Notes under the pieces: generated by a model
Database searches by the model: none
What the model saw: the letters and a program-made list of their open reading frames with translations, nothing else
What the model was told of the DNA's origin: nothing
Program-made: the position numbers and the translations under genes
Part shown: piece by piece, positions 1 through 9,030 of the stretch
Position numbering within the stretch: the stretch's first letter is position 1
Layout of the letters: the number at the start of each line of letters is the position of its first letter
Virus record (IMG/VR): IMGVR_UViG_3300030390_001438
From: an uncultured virus (IMG/VR IMGVR_UViG_3300030390_001438)
Taxonomy: Duplodnaviria; Heunggongvirae; Uroviricota; Caudoviricetes; Crassvirales
Direction: 5' to 3' (one strand)
Length of the DNA: 20,000 bases

Positions 1-1442
1 TTGTTTGCTCCTAAGACACAAACAGCTCTTTCAGTCAAGAAGTTTACTTCCATAGCATCTAAAGAAGATGTTTTTGCTCCACCAGCAGAACCAGTGATCC
101 AAGTTTTATATCTTCTATCTTCAGTTTCAGAAGCTCTGTAACGAACATGTAAGAAAGGACGCTTAGCATTCTTTCCTAAGATTTGATCGTAAACTGTAGT
201 TGAACCAGCAGGAACTAATAGTCCGTTGATTGCTCCACCTACAAGACCGCCTCTCATTGTTGGGTCGTTAAGATATTTCCAGTCAGACTTGTAAAAGTCA
301 TAACCTCTTCTAAATCCTGAGAATCCAAGATTTAAAGCCATCTCTTCATCATTATCAAATAAACCATATGAAGTACCACCAGCTCCGTAAGAGTTTTGTG
401 CTGCTAACATATCGTCAATGTCAAATGAAAAGTCTCTATTTACAAAAAGAACATTTTCTTCAATAGCTCCTTGCTTGTCTAATCTTTGAATAATAGAATC
501 AAATTCAGAAAGTACTGTTGGATTACCTCCACCAAATACATTTCCTCTTTGTCCTACTACAAAGAATACACCTTCAGAACCATTTAAGTTTGCTGCTGAG
601 TTACCAGCTGCAACTCCTTGGAAAAAGTCTCCTGCTCCAGAAGTAGCTTCTGCAGGTACAGCTTCAATCATAGCTGTCTCCATGTAGTCTTCAAAACGTA
701 ATCTTGTGTCATGCTCAGATTTTAAATACCATAGGTATCCGCTTACGCCATCTTCACCTGATACTTCGATCCATCCAATTTGAGCCATATCAGAACCAGA
801 AACAGAATATTTGTCTTTGATAATGATTGGTTTGTTATCGAAAATAAAGTCATCAGCTTCATTAGATCCTACCATACCATCAGTTCCTTTGTTAAATTCA
901 GAACCATAGATAAAGATATCACACGATACTCCAGCTGCCATAGTTTGTCCAGTTGCTTCATAGTAAGCAATTGTTACAACGTTTGGCGCACCAGCTGTAG
1001 GTGCTACTGTAATTACACCTTTGTTAGTTAAATTTGATCCAGGTGTTTTGTCAGAGACCATTACTGTTTGTCCAACTCTTAAAGACGCTGTATTAGGCGT
1101 TCCACCTAATGCAGGGTTAAAGTTAGTAACGTTGTTAGGAATAGTCCATACAGCGGCTCTTGTTGCTGCTCCAGCTGCCGAAGCAGATGTGCAATTTTGA
1201 TATTTTACATGCAATCTTCCTTGCTCAGCCCATTTAATAAGGTCAGAGTTAGAAGGCATTTCAGCTCCTACCAATCTAAGGAAGGAGGATACGCTTCGAT
1301 TACCATATCTTTCAAACTCTTTTTCATAAGTGTCAGGTAAATACTGATTTAAGAAATTGAAGTCTGTAATATAGTTGCTTTCCAACGGCACTTGTTGTGC
1401 TGAAGGTTGTAAGTCGAAACCAGGGGTTACATTTACTGCCAT
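1..1442 (-). CDS. Major capsid protein (3' end truncated by window edge, >=480 aa)
   Basis: Not in the ORF track because there is no stop inside the window. Manual translation from the ATG at 1442 is open to the edge: MAVNVTPGFDLQPSAQQVPLESNYITDFNFLNQYLPDTYEKEFERYGNRSVSSFLRLVGAEMPSNSDLIKWAEQGRLH...IYGSEFNKGTDG...YLWYLKSEHDTRLRFEDYMETAMIE...GYDFYKSDWKYLND...MEVNFLTERAVCVLGANN. Position after terminase-portal-scaffold, size and motifs fit an HK97-fold capsid protein of Bacteroidota podoviruses. Confidence 0.9.
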   Translation of the reverse strand, partial: MAVNVTPGFDLQPSAQQVPLESNYITDFNFLNQYLPDTYEKEFERYGNRSVSSFLRLVGAEMPSNSDLIKWAEQGRLHVKYQNCTSASAAGAATRAAVWTIPNNVTNFNPALGGTPNTASLRVGQTVMVSDKTPGSNLTNKGVITVAPTAGAPNVVTIAYYEATGQTMAAGVSCDIFIYGSEFNKGTDGMVGSNEADDFIFDNKPIIIKDKYSVSGSDMAQIGWIEVSGEDGVSGYLWYLKSEHDTRLRFEDYMETAMIEAVPAEATSGAGDFFQGVAAGNSAANLNGSEGVFFVVGQRGNVFGGGNPTVLSEFDSIIQRLDKQGAIEENVLFVNRDFSFDIDDMLAAQNSYGAGGTSYGLFDNDEEMALNLGFSGFRRGYDFYKSDWKYLNDPTMRGGLVGGAINGLLVPAGSTTVYDQILGKNAKRPFLHVRYRASETEDRRYKTWITGSAGGAKTSSLDAMEVNFLTERAVCVLGAN

Positions 1443-1461
1443 TTTTTTTAATTTTTAATTG

Positions 1462-2601
1462 TTAATTATTTTTAATACTTCTAATTTTGAGTCCTCTTCC
1501 ACTACCACTGTCACCAATTGGGCGAATCTTTAAACCATCTTTTGTTGAGAGCTGTGGTGATTTACGCACTTCCATATTTATATTTTTGGATTTACGTGTA
1601 TCATCATCCACTGCTTGAGCAACACCTTGATCGTAAAAGAACTGAGCAAACTTATCTGGATTCATCGCAACCGATAAGGCTTTGTGATATCCTTTTGCGT
1701 CTGACATTAAACCGTCTTTGCTTACATATTTGTTTACAAAGTTGTTTACGTCTGACTGCTTGTTCATCAATTCATCTGCTGTACCTGGTTTATAATTAAA
1801 CTTTTTTTCACCAACCTCAAATTCAAAACCTTTGAACTCATCGTTAAACACTTCTTTAGTGCGGTTTAAAAAGTAATCATATCGCTTTTCATTACTTTCA
1901 GCAATTGTTTTTGATTCCTCTATATACTTATTATAGGCACTTAAATCTTTTTCCTGATCATCAGATAATCCACCCCCGCTTGACTCAAGAGGGATTTTAT
2001 ATTTATCTTTCTGTTCAGTGAAAAACTTACGTGCTTTAGCAAGTTCTCTTTTTTTAGCTAATTTTAATTTTCTAATATCTTTTTCATCATCTTCATCATC
2101 ATATCCAAACTTGTCATCCATTAAGTCTTGAATATCAATAGCATCCAAACCTTCTTCCTGAATAGACATATAATCAGCTAATACTGCATCTTCTTCCATG
2201 TTATCGTAGTCTTTTTGTAATCTATAAAAGTCTTCGATTCCACGACCAGTTTCTTTTTTATATTCAAAATACTTTAAAACATCTTCAGGTAACTTTTCAT
2301 TTGATTCTTTAGTTTCAAATAATTCATCAACTGATTCAATATCTTTATTGTATCTTTCTTTAATATATGAAAGAACGTTATCATCATTTACCCCTGATGA
2401 TTCAGGTATATTGTTAGAAGTATTTTCAACTTCTTTAGTTTCAACTTCTTTTGCTTCAACTGGAGCTTCTACTTTTACTTCTTCTACTTTAGTTTCAGGT
2501 TTTTCCTGAGATGTAGTTTCTTCGTGTTTTTGCAGTAATTGCTCTTCTATTTCAGCTTTAGATTTTTCGTTTCCACTAACTTCTTTTACTTGTAATTTCA
2601 T
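1462..2601 (-). CDS. Probable capsid scaffolding / head assembly protein
   Basis: 379 aa, Glu/Asp/Lys-rich with a low-complexity acidic N-terminus, a helical-looking core and a basic C-terminal tail (GLKIRPIG...GLKIRSIK). Lies directly upstream of the MCP. Function inferred from position and composition. Confidence 0.7.
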   Translation of the reverse strand: MKLQVKEVSGNEKSKAEIEEQLLQKHEETTSQEKPETKVEEVKVEAPVEAKEVETKEVENTSNNIPESSGVNDDNVLSYIKERYNKDIESVDELFETKESNEKLPEDVLKYFEYKKETGRGIEDFYRLQKDYDNMEEDAVLADYMSIQEEGLDAIDIQDLMDDKFGYDDEDDEKDIRKLKLAKKRELAKARKFFTEQKDKYKIPLESSGGGLSDDQEKDLSAYNKYIEESKTIAESNEKRYDYFLNRTKEVFNDEFKGFEFEVGEKKFNYKPGTADELMNKQSDVNNFVNKYVSKDGLMSDAKGYHKALSVAMNPDKFAQFFYDQGVAQAVDDDTRKSKNINMEVRKSPQLSTKDGLKIRPIGDSGSGRGLKIRSIKNN

Positions 2602-2617
2602 TAGATTTAATTTTTAA

Positions 2618-2625
2618 CAAAGTTA
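2618..2625 (-). promoter_or_regulatory. Bacteroidota-type -7 promoter element (TAACTTTG) upstream of scaffold-MCP
   Basis: The minus strand reads AAGTATTAACTTTGTTAAAAATTAAATCTAATG, matching the TAnnTTTG consensus of the Bacteroidota primary sigma factor. It lies in a 45-bp intergenic gap, 16 nt before the ATG. No TTTG -33 element seen. Confidence 0.7.
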
Positions 2626-2646
2626 ATACTTATTTAATTATATATT

Positions 2647-2961
2647 TTAGCTTCTTTTTTTACTAATTTTTTTATCTATTTTTTCTACGGCTTTACCAAC
2701 TGCATATTCTTTAAGCATCCATTTACCTGCTTTGTATAAACCCTTTACACCAGATCCTATGTTTGCTAAATTTCCAGCAGAACCTAATCTTTTTGCTTTT
2801 AAACCTTTAGGTATATTTTTTATCAGACCTTTTTTTTTCGCAGCTATTTGCTTAGGTGTTAATTTCTTTTTTAGTTTTTTTCTTTGTACTACTTTTTTTC
2901 GTGTAGGTTGACTATCAACAACAGTTTTTTTTCTACGTTCTGATTTTTTTAATTTACTCAT
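2647..2961 (-). CDS. Small, extremely basic (Lys-rich) hypothetical protein
   Basis: 104 aa; by hand count 30 Lys + 6 Arg versus 5 acidic residues. The ATG overlaps the portal stop (TAATG at 2961), and the ORF fills the portal-scaffold gap. Confidence 0.75.
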   Translation of the reverse strand: MSKLKKSERRKKTVVDSQPTRKKVVQRKKLKKKLTPKQIAAKKKGLIKNIPKGLKAKRLGSAGNLANIGSGVKGLYKAGKWMLKEYAVGKAVEKIDKKISKKRS

Positions 2962-5396
2962 TATCGTGGATTAAATTCTGCTAAATCAAAACCATCTAAA
3001 CTATCTTCATTAGATTCAAAAGTTATTGGAGGTAAGTTTCTTTTTCTTTGCTCTATCATTTTTGATTGCTGTGAATTAGCCATAGTAATTCTGTCTGATT
3101 TTCCTTTTTCCTTACTTGCTTCTCTCTGATCAATTTGAGATTGTTCTAAACCTCTTAGTTGCATATTAAATTGGAACTCTTTATCCATTAATTGAGCTTT
3201 TAATGCAGCTTCGTTTTTAAGCTTTTCAATATCCATTGCAACCTCTTGTTGTTTTAATTGCATTTTACCTTGAATTTCCATTTGTGCTTTTTGTTGATCA
3301 GCTTGAGCCTGAGCCATTATACCAGCTTGTTGCTGTTCTGCCGCTGCTGCTTGTTGCTGTTGCATTTGTTGCATTTCTGCATCCTGCTTTCTTTTTCTTT
3401 TTACTTTTAATAATTGGTTGGCCATTTTTAAATTATGGATTTCCCTAATATCAATAGCGTCTTCTAAGCTTATATCGTTTTTAGATAAAGCCATTTGTAT
3501 ATTTTGTTCAAGCATTTGCTTTTGTTCCTCATCAGGAGACATTTCTAAGAAAATACCAAAATCATATAAATAGAAATCTTTTAAATCTTCTAATAATCTT
3601 AAATTGTATTTACCAATCTGCATAGCAAATTGATTTTTAAAATCTGAATATTGTAAAATATCTGCAGTTCTTATAATAACGCCTTCTGCCAATCTTTTAG
3701 TCATAAACAAACTACTGTTTAATATGTGTCTTGTCGCTGTGTTAGAACTAAGTGCTGCAAGTTTTTGAACGCCTACCAATGCATCTGGATTTGGGCTTGA
3801 AGCATCACGTGCTTCATTTAGTCCTGTAACAGTTCTAATCATATCCATATAATGATTATAGTTTCCTATAAGCATTTGAAGTTTACCAGCACCACTACTT
3901 GATGTTAATTGTTGAATAGGTTGTCTTGCATTATTAAATTCTCCATCTTGAGTATAAGATCTACCCACTACAGATCCAGTTTGGAAATATAATCTTAAAG
4001 CATCTTCAGGATTATAAGCATTTCCTGTTCCTAAATCTACTTCATTTAAACCATCAGCATCAATAAAGACTCCATCAGGAACAACACGAGAAACTACTTG
4101 TTGTATTTTTAAATGTGTAATTTGTATTAAGTCTGCAAAAGGAATCATTCTTCTAACTAAAGACTCGTAAACTCCTTTATACATTCTTGGCGCACAAGCT
4201 ACGTAATTTGGTAAAGCATGTTGAGATGCAGATTTAGGTCTAACCATATTTTCTGCAAGTTCCCATTTAAGTAAAATATTAGTACCCATGACCATTATAC
4301 CGTCATACCAAACTTCTATCTTTTTTTCTATTCTTTCAAATTTACCTTCCTCTTGCATTTCTGCTGGAGGATTAAATTCATCATTTTTACTTACTACTTT
4401 ATAACTTCCGTCTGCCATTTCTTTCTTCTTATAAACAAAAGAATGAGTGGTTTTATAATTAAAATATAATAAAGTAACTGTGTCACGCATAAACATACTA
4501 TTCTCATAGTATTGTGCGTTATTATAATAGTTGTACCAAGATTGACTATACTTGGATATAGTTTCCATTTCTTCATTTGTAATATCAGGTTTAATTTTAA
4601 CTAACTCCGCCATTGGAATAGTTTTAATTTCTCCCCAATAAAAACAATCTTTAAAATAAGGATCTTCTGTATAGCTGTAAACAACATTAGCTGGATCAAC
4701 ATAATCTAACTGAACACCTTGTCCAGGCAAAAATTGATGTTTTGCCATACTAACACCAAGTGTCATTAAATCATAATCACATCTTTTTCTTATTTCTTGA
4801 TATTGATTTTTATTTAAAATAGTATCTACTGCTTCTTCAGCAGCAATTTCAATAGCTGGTTTATACTTCATTTGCATAAACAACTGAAGTTCTTCGTCAT
4901 CATTAGGAAGTTCAGATTCTTCTGTTTGAAAAACATTAACTCCAAAATCTTCTTCAATTTGTTGAAATAAAGGTCGAGCTATCATTTCACCTTCTATTCT
5001 TTTTTGAAACTCATTTCTTTTTTCAGCTGACATTGCATCTTCCGCAAATGCTTTAACTTTAAAAAGTCGATCATTTAATCCATTAACCACTATGTCTACG
5101 AACTTTGGAATAACAGGAACTGGTGTCCAGTCTAAATTTAAGTAACTTAAATCTCCATCTACTGCAATTTCATTTTTATATTTAGCTACAGATTGTTCTC
5201 CACGAGCATATAGTCTAAGTCTGTTAAACTCACCCCATTGATTAAAAAACCTACATGTACTATTATCTTTTCTAAACCACTCGTACTGTATCGCCTGCCC
5301 TATTTGTAGGCCATACTCCATGGTATCTTTTTGTGCGTCAGTAACAAACTGATCAGGAAAAGCGGCTTGATTTATTTCTATATTTACCTCTTTCAT
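2961..5396 (-). CDS. Portal protein
   Basis: 811 aa, directly downstream of TerL with an ATGA overlap. Motifs such as YLNLDWTPVPVIPKFVDIVVNG and MIRTVTGLNEARDAS, plus a long Gln/Glu-rich C-terminal coiled coil (P22-like barrel), fit large podovirus/crAss-like portals. Confidence 0.88.
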   Translation of the reverse strand: MKEVNIEINQAAFPDQFVTDAQKDTMEYGLQIGQAIQYEWFRKDNSTCRFFNQWGEFNRLRLYARGEQSVAKYKNEIAVDGDLSYLNLDWTPVPVIPKFVDIVVNGLNDRLFKVKAFAEDAMSAEKRNEFQKRIEGEMIARPLFQQIEEDFGVNVFQTEESELPNDDEELQLFMQMKYKPAIEIAAEEAVDTILNKNQYQEIRKRCDYDLMTLGVSMAKHQFLPGQGVQLDYVDPANVVYSYTEDPYFKDCFYWGEIKTIPMAELVKIKPDITNEEMETISKYSQSWYNYYNNAQYYENSMFMRDTVTLLYFNYKTTHSFVYKKKEMADGSYKVVSKNDEFNPPAEMQEEGKFERIEKKIEVWYDGIMVMGTNILLKWELAENMVRPKSASQHALPNYVACAPRMYKGVYESLVRRMIPFADLIQITHLKIQQVVSRVVPDGVFIDADGLNEVDLGTGNAYNPEDALRLYFQTGSVVGRSYTQDGEFNNARQPIQQLTSSSGAGKLQMLIGNYNHYMDMIRTVTGLNEARDASSPNPDALVGVQKLAALSSNTATRHILNSSLFMTKRLAEGVIIRTADILQYSDFKNQFAMQIGKYNLRLLEDLKDFYLYDFGIFLEMSPDEEQKQMLEQNIQMALSKNDISLEDAIDIREIHNLKMANQLLKVKRKRKQDAEMQQMQQQQAAAAEQQQAGIMAQAQADQQKAQMEIQGKMQLKQQEVAMDIEKLKNEAALKAQLMDKEFQFNMQLRGLEQSQIDQREASKEKGKSDRITMANSQQSKMIEQRKRNLPPITFESNEDSLDGFDLAEFNPR

Positions 5397-7645
5397 CTAT
5401 TATTTATTCTACTGCGAGAATCAGTGTTGTTATATGTTGCAAATTTAATGCTTATTTTCGTCTTTTCTCTTGACGGTGTATATAAGTGTTTTTGATTAGC
5501 CATTATTGCTAATCCAGAGCTTATAGAAGCATCAAATTTAGTTCTATTGTTTATATCAAATTTTGCCCAATCTTCTAATGTTCTCTGAAAATAAGAATCA
5601 CCCATGTCTCCTTCTGTTCTATAAATACCACTCATATCCAATCCTACATATTTTTCTATGTAAGACTCAATAGCAGATGCGTGTGACTGCTTTACATCTT
5701 CAGAGGTGTTAGGTATACCTCCTAATTCTTTTTCAGTTTTAGAAAGTTTAGAAAAAGTTTTATCAGGTCTATTTAAAGAAAACCCTCGATAACCTCTATT
5801 TTTAAAATGATACAACAATCTTGGTTTATTATTTTCAACTAAAATTGGCATACCAAAAAATACGCATGCCATCAAAACTTCTTCAAAAAATATCTCTGCT
5901 GTTTGTGGTCGTGCAATGTATTCTAAAAAGAAATGATTGCTTGGCATCTCTTCCATTGAAAATTTTGTCAAACCATGCAAAGAACCGTTAGATCCTTTAC
6001 CAACAACAACACCTGATATATCATAAGAATCACAACCAAACGAACCTAAATGTTCATTGCCTGGAAAAAACTTGCCATTCTTTTTAATAACATTATTTTG
6101 TAACGCTACCTTTGGCATGTAAGTTACAAAAAATCTACCTCTTTTATTTGGAGTCCAAATAACCTTAGTATCTTTGATTCCATCTTTCCAACTAAACGAG
6201 CCTTGTGTTATAAAATGCTCTTTAATTAAAGAATCATTGTAATCTATTTGTTGATATATTTTTGTTAAATTAAAAATAGATTGTTTACTTTCATCTCTAA
6301 ACGCATGTGATTCTGTTCGAGGAAATTGTCTGTAAAATTCATTTAATGCATCTGGATCATTAGATAAAGAATCAACTTCGTTTTGCCAATAGTTTATAGC
6401 ACCTTGACGTATCATTTCCCCATCAATACCCAGACTGGGTAATTTCGGGTTTTCTAAAACAGGCATTCCATACTGATCTATAAATCCTTCCATATTCCAT
6501 TCCATAGGAACGAAAAGTGAATATAACCCGCTTTTAGTTTGACCATTTGAATTTCTTTTTGAAACATCAGAATCATTAAAAAGTTGTTTAAAATTTTTAC
6601 CTCCTTTATCTAAAGCATTAGACGTAGATCCCATCATACATTTTCCAATAACTTTACTACCTAATCTTAAACAAGTTTTTGTAACACGCCAATTGTTTAA
6701 TATATTATCAGGTCTTTCCCATTTACCAGATTCGTCATGGACAAGCAACTTTAATTTTTCACCATCATAACTATTGTCTCCTGTGTTTTTCCAATCAATA
6801 GTTGTATCTAATCCTTCAAGCTCTTCTGTTTCATCTATTACAAACATATTCTTTTTTGTAATTTTAGCAGCAGGAACTCTATAAGCTAATTCTGTTTTTG
6901 GTTTATCCATACCATCTTGGATGGGTTTAAAGAAAAAAGGATAATTATTAGAAATAGGAACAACTTTATCAGTAAACATTTTTTTTGCATCTGAACCAGT
7001 TTTAGATAAAATTCCTATACGTGCGTCTTTTGCAAGAGTGGCTAAGTTTACACATTCTTCAGAACCCATATATGAAAATCCTGAACGTCTAATTTTTAAA
7101 TAACAAATACCAAAACTTCTCTTATCAGCTTTACAAGCTTCCCAGTATAAATAAAATATTCTATTAGCTTCACGAAAGTCTGGTAATCCTATATCAATTT
7201 TTGTCCACTGTATATACATGTAATGAGATCCTGTTATATATGTAGGAATACCATTATTATAAAACCAATAACCAAACTCTCTTTTGTTAAATTCTTTTTC
7301 TATATAGTCAACCCATTGTTCTTTAAAACTATTAGGCATGGAATGCCACTGAAATATAGTAGATATTCTTTTAAGTGTTTTAGAATACTCTGAAGCCTCC
7401 CAGTATTGTTTTGATTTTTCAGATGATCTTTTGTGTATTTCTTTTGGAGTACTTGGAAGAGCAACTTTTAAATTATTTATATTATATATATCTCCTATTG
7501 TTCCGTCACGAGATATAATAACCATGTCGTACTTCTCATTATAACCATATTGCCAAGACCTTTTACGATTCTTTAACACCATGGCTTGTTTAGGCACAAC
7601 ACTGTTTACTTTTATATATAAACTATTTTGATTTTGATTCTGCAA
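5393..7645 (-). CDS. terL: Terminase large subunit
   Basis: 750 aa. Walker A-like LKIRRSGFS, Walker B LLVHDESGK, motif III GSTS, and RNase H-like nuclease acidic motifs FGCDSYD, VENN and FDASISSG. The predicted start is a TTG inside the upstream gene, so the start is uncertain. Confidence 0.93.
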   Translation of the reverse strand: MQNQNQNSLYIKVNSVVPKQAMVLKNRKRSWQYGYNEKYDMVIISRDGTIGDIYNINNLKVALPSTPKEIHKRSSEKSKQYWEASEYSKTLKRISTIFQWHSMPNSFKEQWVDYIEKEFNKREFGYWFYNNGIPTYITGSHYMYIQWTKIDIGLPDFREANRIFYLYWEACKADKRSFGICYLKIRRSGFSYMGSEECVNLATLAKDARIGILSKTGSDAKKMFTDKVVPISNNYPFFFKPIQDGMDKPKTELAYRVPAAKITKKNMFVIDETEELEGLDTTIDWKNTGDNSYDGEKLKLLVHDESGKWERPDNILNNWRVTKTCLRLGSKVIGKCMMGSTSNALDKGGKNFKQLFNDSDVSKRNSNGQTKSGLYSLFVPMEWNMEGFIDQYGMPVLENPKLPSLGIDGEMIRQGAINYWQNEVDSLSNDPDALNEFYRQFPRTESHAFRDESKQSIFNLTKIYQQIDYNDSLIKEHFITQGSFSWKDGIKDTKVIWTPNKRGRFFVTYMPKVALQNNVIKKNGKFFPGNEHLGSFGCDSYDISGVVVGKGSNGSLHGLTKFSMEEMPSNHFFLEYIARPQTAEIFFEEVLMACVFFGMPILVENNKPRLLYHFKNRGYRGFSLNRPDKTFSKLSKTEKELGGIPNTSEDVKQSHASAIESYIEKYVGLDMSGIYRTEGDMGDSYFQRTLEDWAKFDINNRTKFDASISSGLAIMANQKHLYTPSREKTKISIKFATYNNTDSRSRINNR

Positions 7646-7898
7646 ATCCTTTAGGTAAATTATTTGTTTTTCTTTCTATTCCATTAATTTTATCTTCTTC
7701 TTCTTCAATACGTTTTAAAATATCAAACGCATCAAATATTGCAAGCTTCTTAGTTGCTGCTGCGTTTTTTAATCTATCAGCAGCAAGTGAATCTTCAGGA
7801 TCACCAGTAATAATTTTTTCATTAGCAACTTTAATTAGATGCTTTACTGCTTTTTCTCCTGCTTGAATTATTTGTATTTTTAAACTTACTATATCCAT
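7623..7898 (-). CDS. Probable terminase small subunit
   Basis: 91-aa helical protein (ADRLKNAAATKKLAIFDAFDILKRIEEEE) immediately upstream of and overlapping terL by 23 bp. Function inferred from position. Confidence 0.6.
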   Translation of the reverse strand: MDIVSLKIQIIQAGEKAVKHLIKVANEKIITGDPEDSLAADRLKNAAATKKLAIFDAFDILKRIEEEEDKINGIERKTNNLPKGFAESKSK

Positions 7899-8467
7899 TA
7901 CTTAAATTTATAAAACATTACAAATACTTTACGACCTTCTTCCCAAGATTTATTAGGATATTTACTGTGAAAATAATTTGAAGGATAAGAAATTAATCTA
8001 TTTTCTTCATAACCAACTACCGTACTTAATCTCCATTTATCTAAAATTTCTGAATCTACTTTAAGCATTTTATCATACTCATCATCAGACATATTTTTAG
8101 GCATTTCTTTTCCATAGATATCGTGTTCCCAAAAAGCAGTTCCATGTAAATCTTCTAACTCTCTTGGAGAGAAATATAATACTATAGCCCTATCAGGTTT
8201 CTGTCCTTTAATATTTAAATCAGAGTGTATACGCCAAGTTACATCTAATTTATCCGTAGAAACTCTAAAAAAACTTAGTATGTTTTCTAATTCTCTTTCT
8301 TCTTTTTGTTGTAATAGATCTATAATGTAATGATCAAAATCTTCATTAGATTCTAAAACATAAAAATCCTTACCACCAGATATTTTCTTTTGGAAAGGAT
8401 TGTCTAAATATTCTTTAATTATTTTTAAAAAATCTTTATCTATAACATCATCTAATATATAAATCAT
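7898..8467 (-). CDS. 2OG-Fe(II) oxygenase-fold protein
   Basis: 189 aa with HxD (RIHSD), AIVLYFS, GTAFW, NRLISYPSNYFHS (distal His) and GRKVFVMF (2-oxoglutarate-binding Arg). This is the canonical HxD...H...R arrangement of the double-stranded beta-helix oxygenases. Confidence 0.8.
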   Translation of the reverse strand: MIYILDDVIDKDFLKIIKEYLDNPFQKKISGGKDFYVLESNEDFDHYIIDLLQQKEERELENILSFFRVSTDKLDVTWRIHSDLNIKGQKPDRAIVLYFSPRELEDLHGTAFWEHDIYGKEMPKNMSDDEYDKMLKVDSEILDKWRLSTVVGYEENRLISYPSNYFHSKYPNKSWEEGRKVFVMFYKFK

Positions 8468-9030
8468 AATTTAATGGTTATATTATTAGTATACATTCTA
8501 TACAATAATTCTCCTTCTATAACAAATTCATATTCACTAAATGGTTCGTAACAAATTTTATCTCCTTTTTTTAGACCAAGTTTTTCTAATTGTTTATTTA
8601 GATAAATTAATTCTCCATGTAAAGGTTCGTTTTTGACACCACTACCTATAATATAAGAATCTTTTTTTGCAATAGGTTTTACAAAACAATACTTATCAAA
8701 AGCATTCCATTTATTGTTTTTTTTATAAAGAAAAAATTGATCAAAGTCTACAATAAATAAATCATCTTTAACCCAGCTTCTACCGCTTTTTTGTCTTCCA
8801 TACATGTCATTATAATATTTAAAAACATTGTGATGAACTAATATAGTATCTCCGATAGAAACTTCTCCTTTATAATTTACAGGAACATTTATTACTTCTG
8901 CAAATCGATTTGAGACTGTATGATCTTCTTCGGAAACGCTAATGATTAGTTCTTTATCACCATAGTTTCTAATATTATCATACCTTCTTCCGTTTAAAGG
9001 TTTTACTATAAATGAATATGGAGATTGCAT
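8464..9030 (-). CDS. GroES-like co-chaperonin, apparently two tandem domains
   Basis: 188 aa with two GroES-like halves: FIVKP...AEVINVP...EVSIGDTILVH and CFVKP...GELIY...GLKKGDKICY...EFVIEGELLYRM. These resemble the GroES pattern (V.V.R/K...G.V.AV...VKVGD.V...E..IDGE.Y.I). Confidence 0.65.
   Translation of the reverse strand: MQSPYSFIVKPLNGRRYDNIRNYGDKELIISVSEEDHTVSNRFAEVINVPVNYKGEVSIGDTILVHHNVFKYYNDMYGRQKSGRSWVKDDLFIVDFDQFFLYKKNNKWNAFDKYCFVKPIAKKDSYIIGSGVKNEPLHGELIYLNKQLEKLGLKKGDKICYEPFSEYEFVIEGELLYRMYTNNITIKL

Noticed and set aside
2830..2838. Poly-T (poly-A on coding strand) runs as phase-variation or frameshift sites
   Set aside because: Explained by consecutive Lys AAA codons in an AT-rich genome; the reading frames are intact.
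780..4576. Short ORFs 780-1031(+), 1518-1799(+), 3236-3448(+), 4394-4576(-)
   Set aside because: Nested within the MCP, scaffold or portal genes, with no recognisable motifs or initiation context.
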